DNA from: an uncultured Eubacterium sp. | Lineage (GTDB): Bacteria; Bacillota; Clostridia; Lachnospirales; Lachnospiraceae | Reading direction: 5' to 3' | Length of the DNA stretch: 43,883 nt | Assembly: GCA_905236225.1 (NCBI GenBank) | Contig: CAJOPM010000045.1 | Location: 1-43,883, forward strand | Shown: positions 17,912 to 30,085 of the stretch, piece by piece | How positions within the stretch are numbered: position 1 is the first letter of the stretch | Layout: the number at the start of each line of letters is the position of its first letter | Made by a program: the position numbers and the translations under genes | Notes under the pieces: generated by a model | What the model was told of the DNA's origin: nothing | What the model saw: the letters and a program-made list of their open reading frames with translations, nothing else | The model's database searches: none

Positions 17912-19987
17912 ATGAAATATTCGAATTTGTACAAAGAGCGTAATGAGATAGCAGCTGACAGATACGAGCTTGCTATAGACAGAATCAGATTAATACCATC
18001 CGAAAGACAAACTGAGCAGCAGGAATTTTTTAATGAATGCGCTCAGTTTATAATCTGTGTAGATGAAATTCTAACATCTATTTCGGATGGTAGCTTTTAT
18101 GCATTATCTTTTGAAGAAATGCAAGATATAAATAAACGCCTATATAATGATTTATTTATAGATAACTATAATACATCATTTCTTAATCCTGATTATGCGA
18201 ACAGTAAATTGGGAATAAGGATCGGAGCTTTTTTAAGTTTTCTGTATTCGGAGTTAAGAGCAATTGTATATTATGCCTTTGAGCTTAGAATAGCGAATAT
18301 TACGATACTCTTAGAATTGTTTCTTGAAGTGTACGGGATTTTTTCAGCAGATGAATTCAAACTTGAAGATGCAAAAAATGCCGTCAAATCGTTTTTCCAT
18401 GATTATACTGAATGGTTCAGTGCAGATGCAATAATTACATCTATAGATCCTAAAGAAGAATTTTTTAAGGATATTATTACTAACAGTGATCTTTCGGATT
18501 TGAGATATTTATATAAATATGGCAGTTATATATCGAATAACGAGATTAATACTGCTAAGTATTTAAACTCACTAAGCGCTGATAAAATTAAGAAAATTGC
18601 AGATACTTACACTGAAGGATACAGAATCGGATTTGAGGTTACAGGTAAGGATTTGTCAAAAAAATCCGTTGTACAAATAACGTATCCAATTGGGTTTGAA
18701 AGAGTAGTTAAAGCATCTATAGCAAACTTTGCCGAGCTTGGATTAAATGTGGCGATATCCAGAGAAAAAATATCTTCATATACATCTATGAGAACCGGTA
18801 AGGCGGGATGTTATACCACCGGTATTAATCCGCAGTATGATTACGATCATCAGATGGATATGGGGTATTTTCTTGACAAATCATTTTTGGATAGAAGACT
18901 TGAAGTGCTAAGAGATGTATATGAAAAAAACAAAGATAAAGCTGCATTGGTAGCAGGGCCTGCGGTGATAGAGGTTTTCGGCAATAATCCTTTCTCGCCG
19001 GAATTTAAAGAAGGACGGTTTAAGATTGATGCTCATCAGCAGAAATTGTTTGTTGATTACCAAAGCAAGGCTGCACAAATCACTAATAAATATATTATAG
19101 GCGAGGAAAGAAGCTTTACGATTATAGCTTTCCCGATACCGGAAATTGGTGATAACTATGAGAAAATATTTGATGAGACCATTAAGATAAATACACTTGA
19201 CTATAAACAATATCAAAAAATTCAGCAGAGTATTATTGATGAACTTGATAAAGCTGATGTTGTAAGGGTTACAGGAAGAGATGATAATCTTACAGACCTT
19301 ACAATCAAAATTAAAAAGCTCGATAACCCCCTTATGCAGACAGCATTTGAAAATTGTGTAGCCGATGTCAATATTCCGGTCGGTGAGGTCTTTACATCGC
19401 CAACACTTCAAGGAACATATGGGTTGCTTCATGTAAAGGAAGTTTACTTAAACAAGCTCAAATATACTAATCTTAAGATTAGATTTGAAGATGGAATGGC
19501 CGTTGAATACAGCTGCGACAATTTTGATGATAAGGATGAGTCGGTTAAGTATGTGTTGGAGAATGTACTTGCAAATCATGAAAAACTTCCTATGGGAGAA
19601 TTTGCAATAGGCACTAATACAACAGCGTATAAAATGGCAAAGGAATATAGTATATTTGACAGACTGCCAATTTTGATTGCAGAAAAGACGGGACCTCATT
19701 TTGCGGTTGGTGATACATGTTACAGTTATGCTGAAGATATTAGGGTATATAATCCAAACAGTAAGGAAATTGTAGCAAAAGATAACGAAATATCGATTAA
19801 GAGACGCGATGATATATCGGAGGCATATTTTAACTGTCATACGGATATAACAATACCATTTGATGAATTAGATAGAATATATGTAGTTACTGATGATGGT
19901 AGTACAATAGATATTATTAATAAAGGGCGGTTTGTGTTGCAAGGGTGCGATGCTCTTAATAAGCCCTTAGATAATCAGGAGGAATAA
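17912..19987 (+). CDS. Aminopeptidase (M29/thermophilic metalloprotease-like) with long N-terminal extension
   Basis: [32 protein letters not shown] motifs. Confidence 0.8.
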   Translation: MKYSNLYKERNEIAADRYELAIDRIRLIPSERQTEQQEFFNECAQFIICVDEILTSISDGSFYALSFEEMQDINKRLYNDLFIDNYNTSFLNPDYANSKLGIRIGAFLSFLYSELRAIVYYAFELRIANITILLELFLEVYGIFSADEFKLEDAKNAVKSFFHDYTEWFSADAIITSIDPKEEFFKDIITNSDLSDLRYLYKYGSYISNNEINTAKYLNSLSADKIKKIADTYTEGYRIGFEVTGKDLSKKSVVQITYPIGFERVVKASIANFAELGLNVAISREKISSYTSMRTGKAGCYTTGINPQYDYDHQMDMGYFLDKSFLDRRLEVLRDVYEKNKDKAALVAGPAVIEVFGNNPFSPEFKEGRFKIDAHQQKLFVDYQSKAAQITNKYIIGEERSFTIIAFPIPEIGDNYEKIFDETIKINTLDYKQYQKIQQSIIDELDKADVVRVTGRDDNLTDLTIKIKKLDNPLMQTAFENCVADVNIPVGEVFTSPTLQGTYGLLHVKEVYLNKLKYTNLKIRFEDGMAVEYSCDNFDDKDESVKYVLENVLANHEKLPMGEFAIGTNTTAYKMAKEYSIFDRLPILIAEKTGPHFAVGDTCYSYAEDIRVYNPNSKEIVAKDNEISIKRRDDISEAYFNCHTDITIPFDELDRIYVVTDDGSTIDIINKGRFVLQGCDALNKPLDNQEE

Positions 19988-19989
19988 TT

Positions 19990-20493
19990 ATGGCACAGGT
20001 TAGTATTGTAATGGGTTCTGATTCAGACATGCCCGTCATGAAGAAAGCGGCAGATATTCTTGAAAAACTCGGAATTGAGTTTGAGATGAGAATTATTTCT
20101 GCACACAGGGAGCCGGATGAATTTTTTGAATATGCCAAAAATGCCGAAGATAAAGGTATTAAGGTTATTATTGCAGGGGCGGGAATGGCAGCTCATCTCC
20201 CCGGAATGTGCGCAGCAATTTTTAATCTTCCGGTTATTGGTGTGCCAATGCATACTACTTCACTTGGAGGAAGAGACTCGCTTTATTCTATAGTGCAGAT
20301 GCCTACGGGAATACCTGTGGCAACCGTGGCAATTGGAGGAGCAGCAAATGCAGCTTTGCTTGCGGCCAAAATATTAGCTGTCAGTGATGGCGAATTGTTA
20401 TCTAAAATAAAAGCTTATTCAGAAGATTTAAAAAATCAGGTTATAGCAAAAGACAATAGGTTAAGCGAAGTAGGATACAAAGAATACAACTAA
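19990..20493 (+). CDS. purE: N5-CAIR mutase
   Basis: [37 protein letters not shown]. Confidence 0.97.
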   Translation: MAQVSIVMGSDSDMPVMKKAADILEKLGIEFEMRIISAHREPDEFFEYAKNAEDKGIKVIIAGAGMAAHLPGMCAAIFNLPVIGVPMHTTSLGGRDSLYSIVQMPTGIPVATVAIGGAANAALLAAKILAVSDGELLSKIKAYSEDLKNQVIAKDNRLSEVGYKEYN

Positions 20494-20514
20494 TTTCAGG
20501 AGGATATATATTTT

Positions 20515-21540
20515 ATGGATTACAAGAATTCCGGAGTTGATATTGAAGCAGGATATAAGTCAGTCGAACTTATGAAAAAACACGTTCAAGAGACTATGAG
20601 ATCTGAGGTTTTGACCAATCTTGGAGGTTTTTCGGGCGCATTTTCAATTGAAAGATTCAAAAATATGAATAAACCGACACTTATATCAGGCACAGATGGA
20701 GTTGGAACCAAGCTTAAATTGGCTTTTATTATGGACAAACACGATACAGTCGGAATAGATTGTGTGGCAATGTGTGTAAACGATATAGCGTGTGCAGGGG
20801 CAGAACCCTTGTTTTTCCTTGATTATATTGCATGCGGCAAGAATTATCCTGAAAAGATTGCAACAATTGTAAGTGGCGTGGCCCAAGGATGCAAATTATC
20901 AAATGCAGCGCTTATAGGCGGAGAGACAGCAGAGATGCCGGGATTTTATCCCGAGAATGAATATGATCTGGCCGGTTTTGCCGTAGGTATTGTTGATGAG
21001 GAAGATATAATAACCGGAAAAGATTTATCTGCAGGGGATATTTTGATCGGATTGGCTTCTTCAGGCGTTCACTCAAATGGATTCTCGCTCGTTAGAAATG
21101 TATTTCCAATGACTAAAGACGGATTGTTCAAACATTATGACGAGTTGGGAACAACACTTGGCGAAGCTTTAATAGAGCCGACAAAGATCTACGTCAAGGC
21201 TCTCCATAATATTAAAGAAGCAGGAGTTAAAATTAAAGCATGCTCGCATATTACAGGCGGAGGCTTTTATGAGAATGTTCCTCGTATGCTGCCGGAAAAT
21301 AAAACAGCTATAATTAACAAGAACAGTTATGAAGTACCGCAGATATTCAGACTTATAGCCAAAGAGGGCGATGTTGAAGAAAAAGTTATGTATAATACAT
21401 ACAACATGGGAATAGGAATGGTTTTGGCAGTATCGGGCGAAAATGTTGATAAAGTATTCGAGGCTATAAAGGTTGCCGGTGAGAAAGGGTATGTTATAGG
21501 AGAGATAAAGGACGGCGATAAAGGAGTTACATTATGCTAA
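20515..21540 (+). CDS. purM: AIR synthetase
   Basis: [38 protein letters not shown]. Confidence 0.97.
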   Translation: MDYKNSGVDIEAGYKSVELMKKHVQETMRSEVLTNLGGFSGAFSIERFKNMNKPTLISGTDGVGTKLKLAFIMDKHDTVGIDCVAMCVNDIACAGAEPLFFLDYIACGKNYPEKIATIVSGVAQGCKLSNAALIGGETAEMPGFYPENEYDLAGFAVGIVDEEDIITGKDLSAGDILIGLASSGVHSNGFSLVRNVFPMTKDGLFKHYDELGTTLGEALIEPTKIYVKALHNIKEAGVKIKACSHITGGGFYENVPRMLPENKTAIINKNSYEVPQIFRLIAKEGDVEEKVMYNTYNMGIGMVLAVSGENVDKVFEAIKVAGEKGYVIGEIKDGDKGVTLC

Positions 21541-22160
21541 AGATTTGCGTATTAGTATCCGGCGGCGGAACTAATCTTCAAGCTATCATTGATGCTTTGG
21601 ATAATAAGACGATTAACAATGCAAAAATAGTCGGTGTAATAAGTAATAATCCGGGAGCGTTTGCTTTAGAAAGAGCAAAGAAAGCCGGAATTGACTGCAA
21701 GTGCATCAGTCCTAAGACATTTGATAAAAGAGAAGAGTTTGAAGATGCACTTATAGCCGGGGTGGATGAATATAAGCCGGATTTGGTTGTGCTTGCCGGC
21801 TTTATGGTGGTTATTCCGCCTAAGATGATCAGAAAATATAAAAACAAAATTATAAACATTCATCCCTCTTTAATACCATCATTTTGTGGTACGGGCTATT
21901 ATGGACTTAGAGTACATGAAGCAGTATTAGAAAGAGGAGTTAAATTAACCGGGGCCACTGTTCATTTTGTTGATGAAGGCACTGATACAGGGCCAATCAT
22001 TATGCAAAAAGCAGTTGAGGTAAAAAGCGATGATACACCGCAGGTGCTTCAAAGAAGAGTAATGGAACAGGCAGAATGGATTATTATGCCGCGCTCAATA
22101 GATCTTATTGCAGCAGGTAAAGTAACGGTCAAAGATAACAAAACGATTATTGATAAATAA
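21534..22160 (+). CDS. purN: GAR formyltransferase
   Basis: [28 protein letters not shown]. Confidence 0.97.
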   Translation: MLKICVLVSGGGTNLQAIIDALDNKTINNAKIVGVISNNPGAFALERAKKAGIDCKCISPKTFDKREEFEDALIAGVDEYKPDLVVLAGFMVVIPPKMIRKYKNKIINIHPSLIPSFCGTGYYGLRVHEAVLERGVKLTGATVHFVDEGTDTGPIIMQKAVEVKSDDTPQVLQRRVMEQAEWIIMPRSIDLIAAGKVTVKDNKTIIDK

Positions 22161-22181
22161 TACAGTGAGGAATTTACAGAT

Positions 22182-23456
22182 ATGAACATACTGATAGTAG
22201 GTAGTGGCGGAAGAGAACATGCAATTTGCGAAAGCGTAAGACGCTCTGACAAGGCGCAGAAAATTTATTGCGCACCCGGTAATGCCGGAATAGCATCTAT
22301 TGCTGAGTGTGTGCCGATAGGAGCAATGGAATTTGAAAAATTGGCCGATTTTGCTAAAGAACATAATGTTGATCTTACAATTGTGGGTATGGATGATCCT
22401 CTTGTAGGAGGCATTGTTGATGTATTTGAAAGCAGAAATCTAAAAGTATTCGGGCCATCAAAAAAGGCTGCGATTTTAGAAGGAAGCAAGGCTTTTTCAA
22501 AAGACCTTATGAAAAAATATAATATTCCGACTGCTGCATATGAGGTATTTGAAAATGCACAAGAGGCGATAGAGTATCTCAAAGACGCCAAGATGCCGGT
22601 TGTTCTTAAGGCAGACGGACTTGCTCTTGGAAAAGGCGTTCTTATTTGCAATACTTATGAGGAAGCAAAAGACGGCGTAAAGCAGATTATGGAAGACAAG
22701 AAGTTTGGAACTGCCGGGAGTCGTATGGTTATTGAAGAATTTATGACCGGACGAGAAGTTTCCGTGCTTTCATATTGCGATGGAAAGCATATCAAGATTA
22801 TGCCTTCATCACAGGATCATAAAAGGGCGCTAAATGGCGATAAAGGTCTAAATACTGGCGGAATGGGAACGTTTTCGCCTAGCCCGTTTTATACTGACGA
22901 AGTTGATAAAATTTGTAAAGAAAAAATTTATCAGGCTACAGTTGATGCAATGCGAAGCGAAGGCAGAGAATTTAAAGGAATCATATTTTTCGGACTTATG
23001 ATTACGAAAGAAGGTCCTAAGGTACTTGAGTATAATGCCAGGTTTGGAGATCCTGAGGCGCAGGTTGTGCTTCCGAGAATGAAAACAGATATCATAGATG
23101 TTTGCTTGGCTTGTATAGATGGCAGTCTTGATAAAATTGACATAGAGTTTGAGGATAATGCAGCGGTATGTGTTGTTTTGGCTTCTGATGGTTATCCGGT
23201 TAAATACGATAAGGGATTCGAAATTACTGGGCTTGATAAATTTGACAGTAATGATGGATATTATTGTTTCCATGCCGGAACCAAGTTTGATGCAAACGGT
23301 AAAATTGTTACAAACGGTGGACGCGTTTTAGGTGTTACGGCAAAAGGAAATGATTTGAAAGATGCTAGAAATAATGCATATAAAGCAACAGCTTGGGTTG
23401 ATTTTTCCAACAAGTATATGCGTGATGATATAGGCAAGGCAATAGATGAAGCGTAA
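22182..23456 (+). CDS. purD: Phosphoribosylamine-glycine ligase
   Basis: GSGGREHA, KADGLALGKGV, QDHKR, NTGGMG, EYNARFGDPE. Confidence 0.97.
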   Translation: MNILIVGSGGREHAICESVRRSDKAQKIYCAPGNAGIASIAECVPIGAMEFEKLADFAKEHNVDLTIVGMDDPLVGGIVDVFESRNLKVFGPSKKAAILEGSKAFSKDLMKKYNIPTAAYEVFENAQEAIEYLKDAKMPVVLKADGLALGKGVLICNTYEEAKDGVKQIMEDKKFGTAGSRMVIEEFMTGREVSVLSYCDGKHIKIMPSSQDHKRALNGDKGLNTGGMGTFSPSPFYTDEVDKICKEKIYQATVDAMRSEGREFKGIIFFGLMITKEGPKVLEYNARFGDPEAQVVLPRMKTDIIDVCLACIDGSLDKIDIEFEDNAAVCVVLASDGYPVKYDKGFEITGLDKFDSNDGYYCFHAGTKFDANGKIVTNGGRVLGVTAKGNDLKDARNNAYKATAWVDFSNKYMRDDIGKAIDEA

Positions 23457-23543
23457 ATAATAGTAAAGTCTTGAATTTTAATATTACTTTGGCTAAAATA
23501 ATTATTGAACATTAATTTACAACATAATTTAGGAGGAGAAAAT

Positions 23544-24566
23544 ATGGCTGTAAGAGTAGCAATTAACGGATTTGGACGTATTGGTAGATTGGCATTTAGA
23601 CAGATGTTTGGTGCCGAGGGATATGAGATTGTTGCAATCAATGATCTTACTAGTCCTAAGATGCTTGCATATCTTCTTAAGTATGATTCTTCACAAGGAC
23701 GTTACATAGGACTTGATGAGGCTGACAAAGTTACAGCTGATGAAGATTCCATTACTGTAGACGGAAAGAAGATTAAGATATATGCAGAGGCTGATGCTGC
23801 AAATCTTCCGTGGGGAGAGCTTAAGGTTGATGTGGTGCTTGAGTGTACCGGATTCTATACTTCTAAAGATAAAGCTGCTAAACATATTGAAGCAGGCACT
23901 AGAAAGGTTGTTATATCTGCTCCGGCCGGCAATGATCTTCCGACAATAGTATATAATGTTAACCATACAAAACTTACACCGGATGATAATATTATTTCAG
24001 CTGCTTCGTGTACTACAAACTGTCTTGCACCTATGGCAAAAGGACTTAATGATTTAGCTCCTATTCAAAGCGGTATCATGAGCACTATTCATGCATATAC
24101 AGGTGATCAGATGGTTCTTGACGGACCACAAAGAAAGGGCAATCTTAGACGTTCAAGAGCAGCTGCAGTAAATATTGTTCCTGCTAGTACAGGTGCAGCT
24201 AAGGCAATAGGACTTGTTATACCTGAACTTAATGGCAAATTAATTGGTTCGGCTCAAAGAGTTCCTACGGCTACAGGCTCAACTACAATACTTATCGCAA
24301 CAGTAAAAGGTAAGGTTACAGAAGAACAGGTTAATCAAGCTATGAAAGCGCAAGCCAATGAATCATTTGGATACAATGAAGAAGAGATTGTTTCAAGTGA
24401 TGTTATTGGAATGACATATGGCTCTTTATTTGATGCAACCCAGACAATGGTACTTCCTATCGAAGGAACAGATTGTACACAAGTTCAGGTTGTTTCATGG
24501 TATGACAATGAGAATAGTTATACATCACAGATGGTAAGAACTATCAAATATCTTGCAGAACTTTAA
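23544..24566 (+). CDS. gap: Glyceraldehyde-3-phosphate dehydrogenase (type I)
   Basis: [24 protein letters not shown]; AGGAGG RBS before ATG 23544 (track start 23505). Confidence 0.98.
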   Translation: MAVRVAINGFGRIGRLAFRQMFGAEGYEIVAINDLTSPKMLAYLLKYDSSQGRYIGLDEADKVTADEDSITVDGKKIKIYAEADAANLPWGELKVDVVLECTGFYTSKDKAAKHIEAGTRKVVISAPAGNDLPTIVYNVNHTKLTPDDNIISAASCTTNCLAPMAKGLNDLAPIQSGIMSTIHAYTGDQMVLDGPQRKGNLRRSRAAAVNIVPASTGAAKAIGLVIPELNGKLIGSAQRVPTATGSTTILIATVKGKVTEEQVNQAMKAQANESFGYNEEEIVSSDVIGMTYGSLFDATQTMVLPIEGTDCTQVQVVSWYDNENSYTSQMVRTIKYLAEL

Positions 24567-24574
24567 TTCAGTCG

Positions 24575-24618
24575 GTGAAATCCTCCACTTCTTAGCATAA
24601 CGCAGGTGGGGTTATAAC
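24575..24618 (+). repeat. Degenerate IS200/IS605-like hairpin
   Basis: AATCCTCCACTTC...AGGTGGGGTT parallels AATCCCCCGCTTC...AAGCGGGGGTT at 42685-42723. Confidence 0.45.
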
Positions 24619-24639
24619 AAACTTAAACAGTCTATTAAA

Positions 24640-24669
24640 GACCCGGTCTATATTGGGCCGGGTCAGTTT
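24640..24669 (+). terminator. Hairpin between gap and pgk (partial terminator or stabiliser)
   Basis: GACCCGGTCTA-tat-TGGGCCGGGTC stem with GU pairs, weak T-tract. Confidence 0.6.
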
Positions 24670-24742
24670 ATTCTATGATATTTTCAAAATCAAATCCGAA
24701 ACAAGATTTTAAAGTTAATCTTGACAAATAGGGGGAAGTAAT

Positions 24743-25948
24743 ATGCTTAATAAACTAACAGTTGATGATATTGATGTTAAAGGCAAGAAAGTGTTATTAA
24801 GATGCGATTTCAACGTTCCTTTAAAAGATGGAGAAATCACAGATGAAAACCGTCTAATAGCAGCATTGCCTACTATCAAAAAGCTTATAGACGGCAAAGC
24901 TAAATTAATTCTTTGTTCACATCTTGGAAAACCTAAAGGAGAGGCAGTGCCCTCACTTTCTTTGGCGCCTGTAGCAAAGCGACTCTCCGAGCTGCTTAAT
25001 AAAGAAGTTAAATTTGCAGCTGATGACGAAGTTGTAGGAGCGAATGCCAGAGCTGCTATAGAAAATATGAAAGAGTCAGATGTAATTCTTCTTGAAAATA
25101 CAAGATACAGAAAAGAAGAAACGAAAAATGAAGAGGCATTTAGTAAAGATTTGGCTTCAATTTGTGATGTATTTGTAAATGATGCTTTTGGCACAGCACA
25201 TAGAGCGCATTGTTCTAATGTTGGAGTTGCTTCATTAAAGAGTGTCGCAGCAGTTGGATATCTTATGCAAAAAGAAATTGACTTTTTGAACAATGCCGTA
25301 GAGTCGCCCAAGCGTCCTTTTGTTGCAATACTTGGAGGCGCTAAAGTCGCTGATAAGCTTGCCGTTATCTCAAATCTTTTGGATAAGTGTGACACTCTGA
25401 TTATCGGTGGCGGAATGGCGTATACATTCCTTAAAGCTAAGGGATACGAAACAGGATCATCCTTAGTAGATGACGAGAAAATTAAATACTGCAAGGAAAT
25501 GATAGATAAAGCTGAAAAGTTAGGAAAAGAGCTTTTGCTTCCGATTGACAGTGTGGTAGCTAATAGCTTTCCGGATCCAATAGATGCGGATATTCAAACA
25601 CAGGTTGTTGACGCAGATGCTATTGGCAAGGATGTTATGGGATTAGATATTGGACCTAAGAGCGCCAAAATGTTTGCAGAAGCTGCAAAAGGGGCAAAAA
25701 CAGTAGTATGGAATGGACCTATGGGAGTGTTTGAGAACCCAAAACTTGCAAAGGGTACGCTTAGCGTAGCACAGGCTTTAGCAGAGTCGGATGCTATTAC
25801 CATTATAGGCGGAGGAGACTCAGCAGCAGCTGTTAATCAGATGGGATTAGCTGATAAAATGTCGCATATATCAACCGGAGGAGGAGCTTCTCTTGAATTT
25901 TTAGAGGGTAAAGAACTCCCGGGAATTGTTGCAGCAAATGACAAATAA
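24743..25948 (+). CDS. pgk: Phosphoglycerate kinase
   Basis: [42 protein letters not shown]. Confidence 0.98.
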   Translation: MLNKLTVDDIDVKGKKVLLRCDFNVPLKDGEITDENRLIAALPTIKKLIDGKAKLILCSHLGKPKGEAVPSLSLAPVAKRLSELLNKEVKFAADDEVVGANARAAIENMKESDVILLENTRYRKEETKNEEAFSKDLASICDVFVNDAFGTAHRAHCSNVGVASLKSVAAVGYLMQKEIDFLNNAVESPKRPFVAILGGAKVADKLAVISNLLDKCDTLIIGGGMAYTFLKAKGYETGSSLVDDEKIKYCKEMIDKAEKLGKELLLPIDSVVANSFPDPIDADIQTQVVDADAIGKDVMGLDIGPKSAKMFAEAAKGAKTVVWNGPMGVFENPKLAKGTLSVAQALAESDAITIIGGGDSAAAVNQMGLADKMSHISTGGGASLEFLEGKELPGIVAANDK

Positions 25949-25964
25949 TTAGGAGGAATATATT

Positions 25965-26714
25965 ATGTCTAGAAAAAAGATTGTAGCCGGTAACTGGAAG
26001 ATGAACATGACACCGACTCAAGCAGTTGATTTGTGCAAAAGATTATCGCCGCTTGTAAAAAGTGATGATGTAGATGTAGTATTTTGCGTTCCGGCTATTG
26101 ATATCATACCGGTTATGGATGCGGTAAAAGGTACCAATATTAAGGTTGGTGCACAGAATATGTATTTTGAGGAAAAGGGTGCTTATACCGGTGAGATTTC
26201 GCCGGATATGCTAACGGATGCCGGAGTAAAATATGTTATTATAGGTCATTCCGAAAGAAGAGAATATTTTGCCGAAACTGACGAAACGGTTAATCTTAAG
26301 GTGCTTAAAGCTTTTGAACACTCATTAATACCAATTATATGCTGTGGCGAGACCTTGACTCAAAGAGAGCAGAAAGTTACGATAGACTGGATTAGAAAGC
26401 AGATTAAAATTGCATTTTGCAATGTTACAGCTCAGCAGGCAAAACAAGCTATTATTGCATATGAACCTATTTGGGCGATTGGAACAGGTAAGACGGCAAC
26501 TTCTGAGCAAGCCGAGGAAGTGTGTAAAGCAATAAGAGATTGCATTAAAGAGCTCTACGGCGAAGAGTGTGCACAGGAGATTAGAATACAGTATGGCGGT
26601 TCTGTAAATGCATCTAATGCTGCAGAATTGTTTGCACAACCGGATATAGACGGTGGTCTTGTTGGAGGAGCTGCACTTAAGGAAGATTTTGGAAATATTG
26701 TTAATTACAAATAA
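25965..26714 (+). CDS. tpiA: Triosephosphate isomerase
   Basis: [29 protein letters not shown]. Confidence 0.98.
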   Translation: MSRKKIVAGNWKMNMTPTQAVDLCKRLSPLVKSDDVDVVFCVPAIDIIPVMDAVKGTNIKVGAQNMYFEEKGAYTGEISPDMLTDAGVKYVIIGHSERREYFAETDETVNLKVLKAFEHSLIPIICCGETLTQREQKVTIDWIRKQIKIAFCNVTAQQAKQAIIAYEPIWAIGTGKTATSEQAEEVCKAIRDCIKELYGEECAQEIRIQYGGSVNASNAAELFAQPDIDGGLVGGAALKEDFGNIVNYK

Positions 26715-26735
26715 TTATAGACAGGATGGAGACAT

Positions 26736-28274
26736 ATGAATAAAAAGCCTACAGTGCTTATGATTTTAGATGGATTTGGGCTCAATGATAATACGGAAGG
26801 AAATGCAGTTTATGCTGCAAATACGCCAAATATAGATATGCTTATGGAAAAATATCCATGGGCAAAAGGAAATGCCAGTGGTCTTGCTGTCGGTCTGCCG
26901 GATGGTCAAATGGGTAATTCCGAGGTCGGGCATATGAATATGGGAGCAGGCAGAATTGTTTATCAAGAGCTTACAAGAATAACCAAAGAAATTGAAGATG
27001 GAGATTTCTTTGAAAATGAAGTACTTCTTGATGCTATGAATAACGTTAAAGAGAATGATTCATCGCTCCATATATACGGATTATTGTCAGATGGAGGCGT
27101 TCATTCTCATAACACTCATTTGTACGGACTTTTAGAGTTGGCAAAGAGACAGAAAATAGACAAGGTTTACATTCATTGTTTTATGGATGGAAGGGATACA
27201 TCGCCGACATCCGGTAAGGCTTATATTGAGGAGTTGTCTCAAAAAATAAAAGAAATAGGCACAGGCAAAATCGCTTCAATATGTGGCAGATATTATGCTA
27301 TGGATCGTGACAATAGATGGGATCGAGTTAAGAACGCATATGATATGCTCACTAAAGGTATTGGAGATTATTATGATGATCCGATTGAAGCAATATCTGC
27401 ATCTTATTCAAATGATGTGACAGATGAGTTTGTTAAACCAATTGTTATAACAGAGGATAACAAACCTGTGGCAACTATTTGTGAGCATGATTCCGTTATT
27501 TTTTATAATTTCAGACCGGATAGAGCCCGCCAAATCACAAGAGCTTTTTGTGCTGATGCGTTTGATGGCTTTGATAGAAATAAGCTAGATGTTCATTATG
27601 TTTGCTTTACACAGTATGATGCTACGATACCGAATACACATATAGCGTTTGAGAAGGTAAAGCTTAATCAGACATTTGGTGAATTTTTATCAGATCATAA
27701 TATGACACAGGCTAGAATAGCTGAAACTGAAAAGTATGCACATGTAACATTCTTTTTTAATGGTGGAGTAGAAGAGCCAAACAAAGGCGAAGACAGAATA
27801 CTTGTTAATTCCCCCAAAGTGGCTACATATGACTTGAAACCACAAATGAGTGCGTATGAAGTTTGCGACAAGTTATGTGAAGCAATTTCTTCGGGGAAAT
27901 ATGATGTCATTATAATTAATTTTGCAAATCCTGATATGGTTGGACATACCGGGGTTATAGAGGCGGCCATTAAAGCTGTCGAAGCTGTGGATGAGTGCGT
28001 AGGAAAAGCATATAATGCTCTTATTGAGTCAGGTGGTTGTATGTTCCTTTGCGCAGATCATGGTAATGCAGAACAACTAATTGATCCTGTTACTAAGGAG
28101 AGCTTTACAGCTCACACTACAAATCCCGTTCCGTTTGTCCTGATTAATTATAAAGAGGGATATTCACTTAGGGAAGGTGGACGGCTTGCGGATATAGTTC
28201 CAACCTTAATTGAAATGATGGGTTTGCAAAAGCCTGGTGAAATGACAGGAGAGTCTTTATTGATTAAAAATTAG
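26736..28274 (+). CDS. gpmI: 2,3-bisphosphoglycerate-independent phosphoglycerate mutase
   Basis: ILDGFG, GQMGNSEVGH, AETEKYAHVTFF, DMVGHTG, ADHGNAE. Confidence 0.98.
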   Translation: MNKKPTVLMILDGFGLNDNTEGNAVYAANTPNIDMLMEKYPWAKGNASGLAVGLPDGQMGNSEVGHMNMGAGRIVYQELTRITKEIEDGDFFENEVLLDAMNNVKENDSSLHIYGLLSDGGVHSHNTHLYGLLELAKRQKIDKVYIHCFMDGRDTSPTSGKAYIEELSQKIKEIGTGKIASICGRYYAMDRDNRWDRVKNAYDMLTKGIGDYYDDPIEAISASYSNDVTDEFVKPIVITEDNKPVATICEHDSVIFYNFRPDRARQITRAFCADAFDGFDRNKLDVHYVCFTQYDATIPNTHIAFEKVKLNQTFGEFLSDHNMTQARIAETEKYAHVTFFFNGGVEEPNKGEDRILVNSPKVATYDLKPQMSAYEVCDKLCEAISSGKYDVIIINFANPDMVGHTGVIEAAIKAVEAVDECVGKAYNALIESGGCMFLCADHGNAEQLIDPVTKESFTAHTTNPVPFVLINYKEGYSLREGGRLADIVPTLIEMMGLQKPGEMTGESLLIKN

Positions 28275-28287
28275 AAACATATGATCA

Positions 28288-28330
28288 TATACATAAATAA
28301 TCCGGCTTTATGCCGGATTATTTATGTATA
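28288..28330. terminator. Bidirectional terminator between convergent gpmI and the PilZ gene
   Basis: Perfect 19-bp inverted repeat TATACATAAATAATCCGGC-tttat-GCCGGATTATTTATGTATA, overlapping the PilZ stop codon. Confidence 0.8.
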
Positions 28331-28657
28331 ACTATTTAGAAGCTTTGATATATCTCGAGGCAGTCCTTCGAAAACTGCCCCATATTGAAAAGTTTCATTA
28401 TCTATTGCGTTGCTCCTTACTATCTTGACTATTGTAAATATAGAAGATAAATCAGAACCAAATGAAAGGTTTGCATTGAAATAGTAGTTTTCGGGCAATA
28501 TGCATTGAGAAATAAAACCTATGCCTTTTTCCGAGATGTCAATTACCGTAATCGGTGAATCAAGATTGGTTATATGCATATTATCTTGTGCAAATAAATC
28601 AGAAATACTAAGATGCAACGTAACAGGAAGTCTTTTGTGTGACCGTTTTTCTGTCAT
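28322..28657 (-). CDS. Stand-alone PilZ domain protein (c-di-GMP binding)
   Basis: RxxxR (RSHKR), DxSxxG (DISEKG), C-terminal YGAVF. Confidence 0.85.
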   Translation of the reverse strand: MTEKRSHKRLPVTLHLSISDLFAQDNMHITNLDSPITVIDISEKGIGFISQCILPENYYFNANLSFGSDLSSIFTIVKIVRSNAIDNETFQYGAVFEGLPRDISKLLNSYT

Positions 28658-29169
28658 TAAATATATTTAACCTTAATACGATCGGCAGGGATGTTACGCT
28701 TAGAAATTGTCTCATCAGTTTGACCGATTACAATGCCTGCCATTGGCTTAAAGCCATCTTCTAAAGAAAGCTTTTTAACTAATGCCGGATTTGTGTTTAG
28801 CCCGGCTATTGCGCCATATATATCACAGCTTCCTATACCGATGTCGGTAGCTGCAAGTGCCATATTGTGTATAATCATTGCAGCGTTTGCATCGGCAATA
28901 TTATTTTCCTTTGATACAACGAGGATAAGCACAGGAGCTCCATATAGCGGATGTGCATCCGGGTTGTTAAAGAAATTAGCTCCATTTTTGTCAAGCTCAT
29001 CAAGAAGTGCTTTGTCCTTAATTACTATTAGCTGAATCTCTTCGTATTTACCCATGCCAACCGGTGAAGCATTAGCTGCTTCAAGCACAGCATTGATCTG
29101 CTCGTCGGTTATTTGCCCATTGTAGCTACGAATAGATTTTCTTGATAAAATAGCATCTCTTGTTTCCAA
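28657..29169 (-). CDS. Nitroreductase family protein
   Basis: AILSRKSIRSY, AANASP, YGAPVLI, NMALAATDIGIGSC; AAGGAGG RBS on the minus strand. Confidence 0.88.
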   Translation of the reverse strand: METRDAILSRKSIRSYNGQITDEQINAVLEAANASPVGMGKYEEIQLIVIKDKALLDELDKNGANFFNNPDAHPLYGAPVLILVVSKENNIADANAAMIIHNMALAATDIGIGSCDIYGAIAGLNTNPALVKKLSLEDGFKPMAGIVIGQTDETISKRNIPADRIKVKYI

Positions 29170-29290
29170 AGAAATCTACCTCCTTAAATTTTTAAAAAAA
29201 GTATACCACATTATGCAAAATTACAACAGAAAGTAAAAAAAATTAACTTTATTTGGTGATTATAATAGGTTGCTAAAAGGGCATTATTGA

Positions 29291-29319
29291 TTGACTTTAC
29301 CCAATATTTTTCATATACT
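29291..29319 (+). promoter_or_regulatory. sigma-A promoter of purC-purF-purB
   Basis: TTGACT, 17-nt spacer, TATACT. Confidence 0.75.
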
Positions 29320-29362
29320 AAGAAAGTTCCCGAAAATAAGCTAAGGATAGGAGCATAGAATA

Positions 29363-30070
29363 ATGGAAAAACTTGATCAGTTATACGAAGGAAAAGCAAA
29401 GAAAGTTTATAAAACAGACGATGAAGACTTACTTATTGTTGACTACAAGGATGATGCTACAGCATTTAACGGTGAGAAAAAAGGCACGATAGTTGGTAAA
29501 GGTGCGATCAATAATCGCATGACTAATTATGTATTTCAGGTGCTTGAAAAAAATGGTGTACCTACTCATTTTGTAGAGGAACTTTCTAATACCGAAACTT
29601 TGGTTAAAAAGGTTGAAATAGTACCGCTAGAGGTAATAATCAGAAATGTTGCAGCGGGAAGTTTTTCAAAAAGACTTGGAGTAGAGGAAGGCAAAGAGTT
29701 ATTATGCCCGACACTTGAGTTTAGTTATAAAGATGATGATCTTGGCGATCCACTTATTAATTCTTATTTTGCACTTGCTTTAGGGCTTGCTACAAAAGAA
29801 GAAATAGATAAAATTACAGAATATGCTTTTAAAGTAAATGAAGTTCTTAAGAAATTCTTCAAAGAAGCAGGAATAGATTTAATCGATTTTAAGATAGAAT
29901 TTGGTCGTTATAAGAATACTATTATATTAGCAGATGAGATTTCGCCCGATACATGCAGACTTTGGGATTCAAAAACCAAGGAGAAGCTTGACAAAGATCG
30001 CTTTAGAAGAGATCTTGGCGGAGTAGAGGATGCTTACAAAGAAGTTATGAAGCGCATTGGATTAGCCTGA
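29363..30070 (+). CDS. purC: SAICAR synthetase
   Basis: [37 protein letters not shown]. Confidence 0.98.
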   Translation: MEKLDQLYEGKAKKVYKTDDEDLLIVDYKDDATAFNGEKKGTIVGKGAINNRMTNYVFQVLEKNGVPTHFVEELSNTETLVKKVEIVPLEVIIRNVAAGSFSKRLGVEEGKELLCPTLEFSYKDDDLGDPLINSYFALALGLATKEEIDKITEYAFKVNEVLKKFFKEAGIDLIDFKIEFGRYKNTIILADEISPDTCRLWDSKTKEKLDKDRFRRDLGGVEDAYKEVMKRIGLA

Positions 30071-30085
30071 TTACAGAGGGAAAGA

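Noticed and set aside
24715-25494. 259-aa minus-strand ORF
   Set aside because: Antisense shadow of pgk; no recognisable motifs.
29170-29362. Possible purine or ZTP riboswitch upstream of purC (also checked before purE)
   Set aside because: The predicted leader is only about 40 nt and AT-rich with no aptamer motif; purE has no leader.
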